A stretch of DNA of 62,974 nucleotides, the filler included, from Chrysochromulina tobinii (Eukaryota), in assembly GCA_001275005.1 (NCBI GenBank). It is 6 parts of 6 records of this genome, joined end to end, with 100 filler letters (N's around TTAATTAATTAA, not from the genome) between each part and the next. Parts side by side here need not be neighbours in the genome. Positions count along the whole stretch, not along the records: positions 24,442 to 41,861 come from JWZX01001442.1; positions 41,962 to 51,967 come from JWZX01001443.1; 4 more parts are not named here. One strand, written 5' to 3'. Numbering within the stretch: the first letter of the stretch is position 1; the number at the start of each line of letters is the position of its first letter. The notes below the pieces were generated by a model, which saw only the letters and a program-made list of their open reading frames with translations, ran no database searches and was not told where the DNA came from. This document shows, piece by piece, positions 33,875 through 43,505 of this stretch. Made by a program: the position numbers and the translations under genes.

Positions 33875-35800
33875 TCAAGATGCCTCCTTGAAGTCGTTGA
33901 GGTCATATTGGACATCGCCCACCTTCGCGTGGCTGTGCCTCTGCTCAGCCCCAGCGTCCTGGTGGCGGGGCGCGCCGGGTTTGGTGGCGGGTCCGTCGTC
34001 GACGTCCACGTCATCGCCGCCGGTGACATTGATACCCGCACCCATGGCGGCGGCCGAGTCGGCGGGCGATCCGTTGGGCACGAGGAAGGGGACGAGGAGG
34101 ACGGGGAGAGCGCGCATGAGCGCTTTCACGAAGGAATACGTCGCGATCCCCTCGTACCCCGGTTTCGATGGGTTGCCTAGATACTTGAGCAGGATCGAGC
34201 CAAGATACCGGCCTGCGTCCGACCCAAAATTGGAAAGGCCCATGAAGAGCGCAAACATGCTCGCCTCGACGCCGGGCGGGCACAGCTTGGCAGCGAAGAT
34301 GAAGAAGGGCTGTGCGTTGAGCACCGCGATGGCGTCGATGAAGACTTCCTCGCCAAACACAAGGAATTCGTCGGGGATCCCCAGCTGCAGGTTGAGGCGC
34401 GAGGTCCAGACCCAGTCTGTAAGGCTGGCAAAGGCGAGCACCAGCTGCGTGAGCCCGATGATCGAGCGGAAGCGCCACGTCTGGAAGCACGAGGCGTACG
34501 CTACGGTGCCAATGACAAGCGCCACACTGCCTGCGACGCTCACGTACGCCAGGAGCACCGGCGAGAGGCACGGGTAGTGCCGTTCGAGCGCCCAGCCGCA
34601 CGGCAGCGCCGACGGTGTGTTGCCGCTAGGGGGCACGAGCGCGGCGGCGGCGGCGCGTGGCGCACACTCGGACCCGTCATCCGCGACAGTGCCGCCCCCC
34701 GTGGTGCTCGCATTGAGAACCGACACCATCAAGGCACCTGCAGTTCCGGCCGCGCACTCGGCGGCTGACCAGCAACGATGATCCGGAGAGGTGGCTGAGG
34801 GCGCGTGGCTCCAATCGAAGATGATATCGGAGCGCGGGCTGAGCGCGCCCTGCAAGAAGGGGAAGATGACCGCGCGCGCGAGCACCTCGTCCACAGGGCG
34901 CATCGTCAAATAAACCATCGCACACAGCCCGAGATTGGCGAGCACGGTCACGAGGCCCACCTCCTCCGGGTACTTGGGCGCGACGAGGAGCTGAATGAGC
35001 GCGATCCCACACGAGAAGCAGCCGACGAGCGTGGCCGCCACAAGCACGCGACACCTGGGCAGAGTGCTCACGAGGTCACGGCACAGTCGGCGCGACTGTT
35101 CACAGCCGCTCGGCTTCGGTCGCTCACCGAGCCAACCGAGGAGCGGTGGCAGTGCGACGCAGCACGACGTGCCGATCGAGAGAGCGAAGAGTAGGCGCGC
35201 GCCGCCGAGCTCGAGCAGATTGCCCTTGGCGAGCGCGATCGGGATGCCGAAGACACCGAACGAGCCCTGGCACAGCGCCTGTAAGTCGGCCGTCCGCTCC
35301 GGCGCGAGCTTGGCGCGCTCTGCCACGGTGGCGTCGACCATCACGTCGGGCATGGAGAAATTGACGTTACAAAAGAGGAGCAGGAGGGCCGCGGAGCAGA
35401 CGGTGAACGAGCACGTCGGCGTGATCGCAAGCCAAAACGATGCTATGACGCCGAGCAAGCTGGCGAGCAGCATGTACGGCCCGCGGTGCATGCCACTAAT
35501 CGGCAGCGCATCGCTCATCACGCCAAATAAGCTCTTCAGCTGCCACGGGATGCGAGAGAACCCAATGAGCTGGTTTGCCGTTGCCGCATCGAGCTGCATG
35601 TCGTCAAAGATGAAGTACTGGCGCGCAGTTAGGACGAGCTTCTCGCCCATGCCTTGATTGATGCCGTAGGTGAGCATTATGGTGGCAACGTATTGCCAAC
35701 CGAAAGCAACCTCCAGACGAGAAAAGAAAGGGCCGAGGCCACATGTGGCCTCGGCACGCCGCGCGCGGCTTGCAGTGTGTGGTAACTCGATCGTGGTCAA
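33875..35800 (-). CDS. BT1-family folate/biopterin transporter
   Basis: IPWQLKSLFGVMSDALPI.G.HR.PY, DVMVDATVAE, AAKLCPPGVEASMFALFMGLSNFG. Start uncertain. Confidence 0.9.
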   Translation of the reverse strand: MTTIELPHTASRARRAEATCGLGPFFSRLEVAFGWQYVATIMLTYGINQGMGEKLVLTARQYFIFDDMQLDAATANQLIGFSRIPWQLKSLFGVMSDALPISGMHRGPYMLLASLLGVIASFWLAITPTCSFTVCSAALLLLFCNVNFSMPDVMVDATVAERAKLAPERTADLQALCQGSFGVFGIPIALAKGNLLELGGARLLFALSIGTSCCVALPPLLGWLGERPKPSGCEQSRRLCRDLVSTLPRCRVLVAATLVGCFSCGIALIQLLVAPKYPEEVGLVTVLANLGLCAMVYLTMRPVDEVLARAVIFPFLQGALSPRSDIIFDWSHAPSATSPDHRCWSAAECAAGTAGALMVSVLNASTTGGGTVADDGSECAPRAAAAALVPPSGNTPSALPCGWALERHYPCLSPVLLAYVSVAGSVALVIGTVAYASCFQTWRFRSIIGLTQLVLAFASLTDWVWTSRLNLQLGIPDEFLVFGEEVFIDAIAVLNAQPFFIFAAKLCPPGVEASMFALFMGLSNFGSDAGRYLGSILLKYLGNPSKPGYEGIATYSFVKALMRALPVLLVPFLVPNGSPADSAAAMGAGINVTGGDDVDVDDGPATKPGAPRHQDAGAEQRHSHAKVGDVQYDLNDFKEAS

Positions 35801-35991
35801 TTGCGGGGCTTAGGAGACGGAGCCAAGCGGACGCGGAAGGGGGAACCGAGTTGGGACCGCGCGAGAGCGAGAGGCGGAATCGCGTGAACGTGAACACGTA
35901 CGGGTAATACGCCACCAAGCCGGCCGAGAATCATCAGCTGTTTTCACTTTTGTTTGGCCTTGACTGGTTTTCATGCAATGGCGTCCCCTTG

Positions 35992-36819
35992 ATGGCACTG
36001 ACGCTGTTTTCTCCGCCATATTTTGACGTCGGCGAGGCGCCGCCGCTGAATAGCTCTCTCGTGCAGGCTCAGACGCGCTTGGCGCGGTTCAGCTCCATGC
36101 CAGCGTTGCGAGCTCTGGAGACCGCTCTGCAGCTTGAGCAGCACAGCTTCAGCATCATAGACGGGTTCCTCGGCCATGACGACGCGCTTGCCGTGCGCGC
36201 CGAGATCAGGAGGCGACGGTTGTGCTCCGCAGCTCGTGCGGGAGGCCAGGTGAGCGCTGGCCGCGTGTCGGCCCTGCGCTCTGACGTGTCCGTTTGGGCA
36301 CACGCTGGCGGTGGCAGCGGCCGTGCTCTCGACCGCCTCGCAGACCGTGCCGATGCGCTAGTGACTCGTTTGCGTGCTCACAGCACATGGCTCAGCAACG
36401 TGACCTTGCGAGCGACCGAGGCGATGCTCGCATGCTATCCAGCAGGAGGCAGCCGCTATGTGAGGCATCTGGACAATGTATGCACGGGCGGGCTGGGCAA
36501 GCGCTGCAACGGTCGACGGCTGACGGTGGTCTACTACCTGAATGATCGAGCTCCGAATCCCACCGACGGTGCCTTGCGACTCTTTGCATCCGGTGCTCCA
36601 AACTCGCCGCCCTTGATAGATATTGAGCCACTGCTCGATCGTATGGCTGTCTTCTTCTCCGACGAGCGTGTGCCGCACGCTGTCCTGCCAAGCGGCGCGG
36701 AGGAGCGTGCCGCGGTCACCTTGTGGTACTTTGATGCGGTGGAGCTCGAGGCTCGTTTAAGCTCCGGTGGTGCGGACGGAGGTGCACCTGCGTTGAGCTC
36801 AGTCTTGCGAGAGGTGTGA
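35992..36819 (+). CDS. EGLN/PHD-like 2OG-Fe(II) prolyl hydroxylase
   Basis: MLACYP...YVRHLDN...GRRLTVVYYLN...GALRLF...IEPLLDR..FFSD.RVPHAVLP...RAAVTLWYFD. Confidence 0.85.
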   Translation: MALTLFSPPYFDVGEAPPLNSSLVQAQTRLARFSSMPALRALETALQLEQHSFSIIDGFLGHDDALAVRAEIRRRRLCSAARAGGQVSAGRVSALRSDVSVWAHAGGGSGRALDRLADRADALVTRLRAHSTWLSNVTLRATEAMLACYPAGGSRYVRHLDNVCTGGLGKRCNGRRLTVVYYLNDRAPNPTDGALRLFASGAPNSPPLIDIEPLLDRMAVFFSDERVPHAVLPSGAEERAAVTLWYFDAVELEARLSSGGADGGAPALSSVLREV

Positions 36820-36912
36820 TAACGGATAAGATATGAGATTCCGTATGCTGGTTCGTTTATCTTATCCGGATAGGATGTCGCGCTTCAGGCATTTACAGCC
36901 ATTTCACACCGC

Positions 36913-36940
36913 TTGTCGCGTCTGTCGTGTTAACGTTCAC
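36913..36940 (+). promoter_or_regulatory. 28-bp upstream element TTGTCGCGTCTGTCGTGTTAACGTTCAC
   Basis: Exact reverse complement of 50396-50423; ends 39 nt before the DHHC ATG. Function inferred. Confidence 0.6.
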
Positions 36941-36979
36941 GCAGTTCCCAGAGTTCCGAGTTCGGGCGTGTGCAAGGCA

Positions 36980-37982
36980 ATGGCGGGACAGTGGTGGTGC
37001 GTGCATAATGATCCGTGCGGTCTCTGCTGCGTGCTTTTCACCTACATGCTGGTAAGCTGCGCGCCAGCGCTACATTGCGCGCATCGCTCATCATGCACGA
37101 ACGCACTGTGCCTCACAAGTGTTGCGTGCATACGGATGGATGGGCCGTTCGCAGCTGATTTTCGCCGACTACGTGGTTGTTTACGCGATCCTCATCCCAT
37201 GGCTCGGGCAGACGGCCAACAGCATCATGATCCAAGCCAGCTTCGTTGGCATCTCGGTGCTGGCCATGATCTCACACATGCGCACGATGTGCACCGACCC
37301 GGGTGCGGTGCCGCTGGAGTACAGGCCGAACTCGCTCCTCGCTCAAGAGCGGGGGCATTCGATGCCTATGTGCATGAAGTGCGATGGCTACAAACCGCCG
37401 CGTGCGCACCACTGCTCTCAGTGCGATCGCTGCGTCCTGAAGATGGATCACCACTGCCCATGGGTGAACAACTGCGTCGGCGCCAACAACCAGAAACACT
37501 TTGTGCTCTTCACATTCTACACCTGCTTGCTCTCGGCGTATGCGATGGTGCTGCTCATAGCCCGCGGCATATTCTCATCGGACACAGTGCTCGTGGTTCG
37601 CGTGGGCGGACACCGCATTCACAACGGTGCCCACGGTGGTCACGGGTACTTCGGTACCCGTGACAATAGCGAGTTCGGTGCCCGTGACCATAACGATTCG
37701 GCAGGACGCTTCCTCCTTCTGTGCCTCCTATTCTTCGAGGCGATCCTGTTTGGTCTGTTCACGTGCGCGATGACCTCCGAGCAAATCAGCTCCATCCTCT
37801 CCGACCAGACAGGCATCGAGCGCATCAAGCATGACTACACGCCGCAGCACAATCGCTCGACGCTCCAACTGTTGAGCGAAACATTCGGCCGACCCGTCTC
37901 GGTGCTCTGGCTCTTCCCGACCGCGGTCAAGTTCAATGGGCTCACCTTCAGGGACATGATGACGATGGAGTGCGAGGTATGA
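36980..37982 (+). CDS. DHHC palmitoyltransferase (ZDHHC3/7-like); intron 37052-37154
   Basis: DPCGLCC, TDPGAVP, CMKC..YKPPRAHHCSQCDRCVLKMDHHCPWVNNCVG; phase-0 GTAAGC...GCAG intron. Confidence 0.95.
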
Positions 37983-38342
37983 GTAACTGTATTCCGAGGG
38001 CTGGGTCTTGTTCGGTTGTTGTGAACTCACAATTTACCGGTACGAAACGCTCAAACCATATTGGCTCAAACTGCCCCTGTGGTGGTGTGACATGCACATG
38101 GTGTGACTGACATGAGATTGACTGCCTGTGAGTCATTGCTGTGAGTAACTCACAAGACGAATCAACTCACAAGACGAATTCGCCCTCTCATACCTCGAGA
38201 GGGCGAATGGACGTGAACGTGAACAACACCACACGGTACACAATGTGGTACATGTATGTTACCGTAGTAACGAAACTGCGGACTTTGAGTCTCAACTCGT
38301 AATCGGCACTCGTCCGCCTGCATCGTCCGCCGCCGTCCGTAC

Positions 38343-39089
38343 ATGCTCGGCTCACGCGCCCTTGCCGTCCTCCTGGCAATTGCCACTGTCCTGGCTTCTT
38401 CAGACTGTGAGTCCTGCTGCGCGCCCGGAGGCAGCTGTGCCCTGGCGTACAAGCAGCAGCCTGGCATCTGCTGCGGGAATCTTGGGTCGAGTTCATTCTG
38501 CTGCCCGATGTATGGCAAGTGCTTTCGCTGCAAGGGCGGCGAGTACCGTTGCTTCAGCGCGAGCAGTCCAGAGCCAGCGTGCACCATATGCGACGGTCTC
38601 GGTGGCGACCCACGGGCCAAGTGCACGCGCTCCGGTGCTCTCGGTGGCGAATCCTCACTCAGCTTTGTCTTTGGCATCATCGTCATCGCCATCATTCTTT
38701 TCGGGTGTTGCAAAGGAATCCAAAGGGAATCGATTCACGGGCACTACGCGGCGGCCGTCGAGATGCCGAGCGCCTACCAACCCCCAATGCAGCCGGCATA
38801 CGGTCAGCCGATGGGTTACGCACAGCCTCCGATGGGGCAGCCGGTGCAGCCGAGCGTGGTCTACCAGCAACCTGAGCCTCACGGCTACTCGGGCGGAACG
38901 GTCGCGGCGGCCGCCGGTGCCGGCTTCCTCGGGGGTATGCTCGCGGAGCACGTCATCGGCAATCATGGAGACATGGGAGGCGATGGAGGCGGCAATCATG
39001 GAGACATGGGAGGTGGCGACGCAGGATTCGCAGCGGATAGCGGAGGCGATGGAGGCGGCGGCGGCGACGAAGGATTCGATGCGGAATGA
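38343..39089 (+). CDS. Single-pass membrane protein: signal peptide, Cys-rich ectodomain, TM, Pro/Gln/Tyr- and Gly/Asp-rich tail
   Basis: Domain layout visible in the 248-aa translation. Confidence 0.75.
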   Translation: MLGSRALAVLLAIATVLASSDCESCCAPGGSCALAYKQQPGICCGNLGSSSFCCPMYGKCFRCKGGEYRCFSASSPEPACTICDGLGGDPRAKCTRSGALGGESSLSFVFGIIVIAIILFGCCKGIQRESIHGHYAAAVEMPSAYQPPMQPAYGQPMGYAQPPMGQPVQPSVVYQQPEPHGYSGGTVAAAAGAGFLGGMLAEHVIGNHGDMGGDGGGNHGDMGGGDAGFAADSGGDGGGGGDEGFDAE

Positions 39090-40128
39090 AAGGCTCCAAC
39101 AGCGCATTGCCCGCGCTCATTAGATCACAAATAGATGTCGACGAGCGCGCGCCGTCGCCCTCGTGTGGGTGGAGTGCGGCCGGCCGCGTCACATGTATGT
39201 TACCGGATAGTGATAGACTCGGCCGGTTGCATACACGCGTGTCGCGTGCGAGGAGAGCCATGCATTCCCACAATGTTTCCGCACATGGGAGTAGGTAGTT
39301 TCTTATCTCTCGTGTGGTACTCGACTAACGGCATCGTGTCGTTCGCAATGGTCGTTCGCGTTCTTGCATTCCGTTCTTGGCTTATTCGGTAACAATATAG
39401 GACGGGACCCACGGCCACGCCGCGCTCGCCGGCAAAGGAATAATTAACAGATGTACCTGTAATGTGTAGACGCTCCGACCTCAGGTTGGGCCCACCCCGA
39501 TGGCACACTGCCCGATTCGCGCGTTAGCTCACCACGCGTTGACCGCGCGCACAGTTGCTCGGTTCATTGTTGGATCTCAGTCCCGTCCATTCGCGGCTTT
39601 GTCCAGATGGCTGAGGAGTGAGATGCCATCATGCTATGCGCTGTGTCCTATCATCATAGCACGATCTTCTGGCTCGCAGTCAGCCGTGCGGCGCACGCAT
39701 CGGCCCTATCGAGTGCATCGAGGCGGTCGAGCCGATCGAGCCGATCGAGCCGATCGAGGCAGTCAAGACGGCTAAACCGATCCAGCCGATCTAGGCGCTC
39801 GTGGTCAATGCCACCACTCGCACTGACGGCAATGCCCGGTGGTAGCCCTGGTACGCTTACTGGTACTTCGGCGGTTGTCTCTGGGGCGCCAAGCGGCTCG
39901 ACGGTACATGACGGTGGCGAGGGAGGTGGTGACGATGGAGCATCGGCGAGGGAATCGGCGGTGCTGCCAATCGAGGACGCTTGATCGCTGCGGATCGATG
40001 TCGAGGAAGCGCAGCCCTCGCCCTCGCCGCGCAAGCGGTTCATACGGGCGTGGAAGGCGTGGGCATACTATTTTCGCCGCGGGAATCCACTAAGCAATTC
40101 TTCGCGCCCTGGCGGGCGCCCCGCTCGC

Positions 40129-40329
40129 CCAACTTGAGCATTCGTAACACGAGTTGGATTAGGCCAAAGTGACCTCACGACGGACCGGGGAACCCCCCGC
40201 GGCCGCGCCGCGCCCCCCGCCCCTCACCGCCCTCAGTGCACCGGCAAGCCCTTGGAGGCCCACACACCACCGCAGCGAAGCGCCCGGCGCGTCAAGCGCC
40301 GGCGTAAGGGCCACAGCGCTGCAGCCGGT
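40129..40329 (+). repeat. Left inverted repeat
   Basis: Begins CCAACTTGAGCATTCGTAACACGAGTTGG. Confidence 0.95.
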
Positions 40330-40331
40330 CG

Positions 40332-41462
40332 ATGACGCCGGCAGTTCGCCACTACCTCCGCTTCTGCGTGTTCGGCAGGCACGTGTCGCCGATGCGAGAG
40401 ACGGATGTGTCGGACCCGCTCGCCATGAAAGTGGCGGACGAAGCGTTCCTGATGGACTTCGCGCTGTGGCTAGTGCTGTCGAAGCCTTCGGGCCGCTCGA
40501 TCAGCGTCAACACCGCGGCCAAGTACGTCAGTACCGTCAAGGCGTGGCACCTGCGGAGGTTCCATCGCCGCATCGGCGCTGACCTTGAGCTCGCTAGTCT
40601 CAAGGACATGCTGAAGGGCATGCGTCGAGAGATTGGCGTTCCCCCGAGAAGGGTGAGGTATGGCGTGCGCACGCAGGACCTAGCCAAGGCGATGTCCACC
40701 GCGTACGCGCCGCTGGCGCACGACGTCGGCGACGACACCGAGCGCCTCAACCGGCTCAACAAGAAGGCGGCGCTCTCGACCGCTTTCTGCGGGCTGCTAC
40801 GGGCGGCCGAGATGGCGCTCCAACCCGGTGAGACCTGGCACCCTGAGCTCAACCTGAGCCGGGCGGACGTCAAGTTCCACTACGACGAGCACGGCGCGCT
40901 ATACGCCGTGCTTATGATGAGGCCGTGCAAGAACGGGAAGTACATGCGCGGCAAGACGGTGCCCATCGTCCTCGCGGGCGGCGGCACCCTCATCGACCCG
41001 GTGAGCGCCCTTTGGGAGCTCTACGCCGGGGACCCAGTGCCCGAGGCGGTCGAGCACGTCACACCCCTGTTTCGCGTACGCAGCCGCGGCGCAACAGGGT
41101 CCCTTACTGTCGATCAGGTGCGCATCGAGGTGAAGACCTTGATGAGCAACCTCGGGCTCGACCCGGCGCGCTTCGGAGCGCACAGCCTGCGCATCGGCGG
41201 CGCGACGGCGGCGGCGGCGGCCGGCGTGCCGCCATCGGTCATCCGCGTGATGGGCCGGTGGAACTCGGACATATTCGAGATCTACACCCGCCTCACGCAG
41301 CAGGCGGCGGCCCGCATGACGGGCGTCATCGGCTCAACCGCCTTCGACGACCTGGAACGCGGCGCGTTCCACACGGAGGAGCTCGAGCTTCTCCCCTCGG
41401 AGATGGACGTGGCACCCGAGTTCGACGGCAACGACGAGCTCGATGACGACACGTTCTACTAA
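40332..41462 (+). CDS. Tyrosine recombinase (DIRS/Crypton-like)
   Basis: AFCGLLRAAE (R), RPCKN (K), HSLRIGGAT (HxxR), MGRWNSD (W), EIYTR (Y); N-terminal helical binding domain. Confidence 0.92.
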   Translation: MTPAVRHYLRFCVFGRHVSPMRETDVSDPLAMKVADEAFLMDFALWLVLSKPSGRSISVNTAAKYVSTVKAWHLRRFHRRIGADLELASLKDMLKGMRREIGVPPRRVRYGVRTQDLAKAMSTAYAPLAHDVGDDTERLNRLNKKAALSTAFCGLLRAAEMALQPGETWHPELNLSRADVKFHYDEHGALYAVLMMRPCKNGKYMRGKTVPIVLAGGGTLIDPVSALWELYAGDPVPEAVEHVTPLFRVRSRGATGSLTVDQVRIEVKTLMSNLGLDPARFGAHSLRIGGATAAAAAGVPPSVIRVMGRWNSDIFEIYTRLTQQAAARMTGVIGSTAFDDLERGAFHTEELELLPSEMDVAPEFDGNDELDDDTFY

Positions 41463-41571
41463 AAAGGGCACCCGCGCGAGCGGGTGCTTGCTATACATCG
41501 CTATGCTGACAGCGGAGCGATATGAGACGGCCAGCGGCCCTCTCTACCACCCATCCAACCAACCAACCCGT

Positions 41572-41773
41572 ACCGGCAGCAGCGCTGTGGCCCTTATGCC
41601 GGCGCTCGACGCGCCGGGCGCTTAGCCGCAGTGGTGTGTGGGCCTCCAGGGGCTTGCCGGTGCACCGAGGGCGGTGAGGGGGGGGGGGGCGCGGCGCGGC
41701 CGCGGGGGGTTCCCCGGTCCGTCGTGAGGTCATTCTGGCCTAACCCAACTCGTGTTACGAATGCTCAAGTTGG
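41572..41773 (-). repeat. Right inverted repeat
   Basis: Ends CCAACTCGTGTTACGAATGCTCAAGTTGG. Confidence 0.95.
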
Positions 41774-41861
41774 ACTGCCGCTTGACCCCAACAGTTAAGC
41801 GGCCGTGAACTCAACGTGTGATGAGACTGTTGGCAGAGCTACCACAGGGGCCCAACCAGGG

Positions 41862-41961
41862 NNNNNNNNNNNNNNNNNNNNNNNNNNNNNNNNNNNNNNN
41901 NNNNNTTAATTAATTAANNNNNNNNNNNNNNNNNNNNNNNNNNNNNNNNNNNNNNNNNNNN
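41862..41961. other. Artificial assembly spacer
   Basis: N-run, TTAATTAATTAA, N-run. Confidence 0.99.
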
Positions 41962-42957
41962 CATCAGCCCATCTCTCTCGCCGTCAACGGCACCACCGAT
42001 GACGCGGTGCACGCAAGCTGCTCTGCAGCGCTGCCTACGGCTGATGAGAGTGCGGCGGCAGCGCTCGCGCTCGAGCGGCTGCCGCACCTACGTGTCGCTC
42101 GCCGGCTGTTCGAGACCTCCGCCCTGTGCGTCTACTCCGTCGGCGACGCCTCCCGGCCCTGCCTTACGGCGCAGGCGCGTCCGCAGGACGGCGAGATCTT
42201 TGGAGAACTGCCGCCGCTGGGCGAGATGAATGAGGTGACCACGTTCCCCGTGATCGGGCCCGCGCCGAACAGCGTCTTCTTCGCCTCGTACAGACCCGAG
42301 TACCTGCGCCAGCAGGCGAGTCGCCACGGCCTTGTCGGCCGCGCCGCCAACTTAAAGCCCGCCTCCTCCTCCTCCTCCGCCGCCGCCACCGTCAAGGCGA
42401 TTGTCGAGGCGGCCTCGAGCGCTGAGACGCGCGGCTACCTTCTCGAGCTGGCCAGCTACCTACAGAGCGCCGCGGTGGGCCCGCGCCGCTGCGTGGGCAA
42501 GCGCACTGGCCTCTACGGGCTGCAGTGCCCGCCGCTCAATGGCAAGCTGACAGCGCTGCGCTGCGCGGAGCTGACGACGCTCGATGAGCTGCTTCCCTTC
42601 GCGCTTGTCTTCGCAATGACCAATGCGGCGCCCCAGGCAATGCTCTCCATCGACCCGGCCAACGACGTGCTTCTCGACGAGCTACCTCGGCTGCAGCTGA
42701 AGGCGCCCGGGATCGCGGAGCTCGTTCTCGTCCTGCACACGGAGGATCTCTTCGCCTCGGCTCAGGTGCAAGCCGGCCTCGCGCGAACGCTGCGCCCAAC
42801 GGAGCTCAGCCAGATACATCGCTTCCCTCTCGCCCAATCGTTTGTCACCCGGATGATGCCGCCCGGGCACATCAAGTCCTCGCGCTCGAACGACCTGCCC
42901 TTCTATGCGGCGCTCGAAGCGTCTCCTAAATGGCTCCGGATCGCCGCCGAGGCCTGA
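41962..42957 (+). CDS. Hypothetical protein, 5'-truncated by gap
   Basis: Frame open from the contig edge, more than 316 aa, GC3-rich codons. Confidence 0.55.
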   Translation, partial: HQPISLAVNGTTDDAVHASCSAALPTADESAAAALALERLPHLRVARRLFETSALCVYSVGDASRPCLTAQARPQDGEIFGELPPLGEMNEVTTFPVIGPAPNSVFFASYRPEYLRQQASRHGLVGRAANLKPASSSSSAAATVKAIVEAASSAETRGYLLELASYLQSAAVGPRRCVGKRTGLYGLQCPPLNGKLTALRCAELTTLDELLPFALVFAMTNAAPQAMLSIDPANDVLLDELPRLQLKAPGIAELVLVLHTEDLFASAQVQAGLARTLRPTELSQIHRFPLAQSFVTRMMPPGHIKSSRSNDLPFYAALEASPKWLRIAAEA

Positions 42958-43505
42958 TATCGGATTAGATATGACGAGCCCGATGGCATGTAGTTCGAGA
43001 GCCCGGCCACCAGCGAGGGCGACGTCATGAATGACGAACGCTCCCGCTCAGGCCTCAGCTGAGGGTGCGATTGACGACTGTGGGCTAAGAAAGTAAGTAA
43101 GTAAAACACGCCTAACGGCAACGCACACGTGGCGACGGGGGTACCCAGGCCATACGACAAGCCGTGGCGCCGCGTATGGCGATTGGTCAACCGCAGAAGA
43201 TCTCACGTCAACAGCCGAGCCCGAGCAAGCGGTTTCGGTTGTGTGAATGCTGATGAAAGCGATCAGGTCTTCAATTAACGCGCTACTCGCTGATCACATC
43301 AATTAACGCTCGACCTCGAGGAACCGTTTGACCTCAGCAAGAAGCCAAGCCCTCTATATCGTGTCTGGGTCGAACACACCAAACCATGTTTGCGGCGAGA
43401 GTGTGAACAGCGCAGCGCGCAGCACAGAAAGCACACCAGACAAACGATCCCGCAGCACGATCCCGCGGCGCCCACACACGACAACTCAGCATAATATCCT
43501 TTTTC

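Larger units (their letters stand above)
40129..41773 (+). mobile_element. Tyrosine-recombinase cassette bounded by about 200-bp inverted repeats
   Basis: 40129-40329 is the reverse complement of 41572-41773 (about 12 substitutions plus 1 indel by hand count) and encloses one YR ORF. Confidence 0.85.

Noticed and set aside
33324..34577. Long antisense ORFs (also 59160-60443, 52261-53349, 17230-18378, 15429-16244)
   Set aside because: Shadow frames of GC-rich genes on the opposite strand, with no motifs.
39654..40043. 129-aa minus ORF with (LDR)n from a 9-bp repeat beside the YR cassette
   Set aside because: Low complexity and no evidence that it belongs to the element.
40169..40582. Paired ORFs starting MTSRRTGEPP (also 41491-41733)
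   Set aside because: By-products of the inverted repeats; they diverge in frame between copies.
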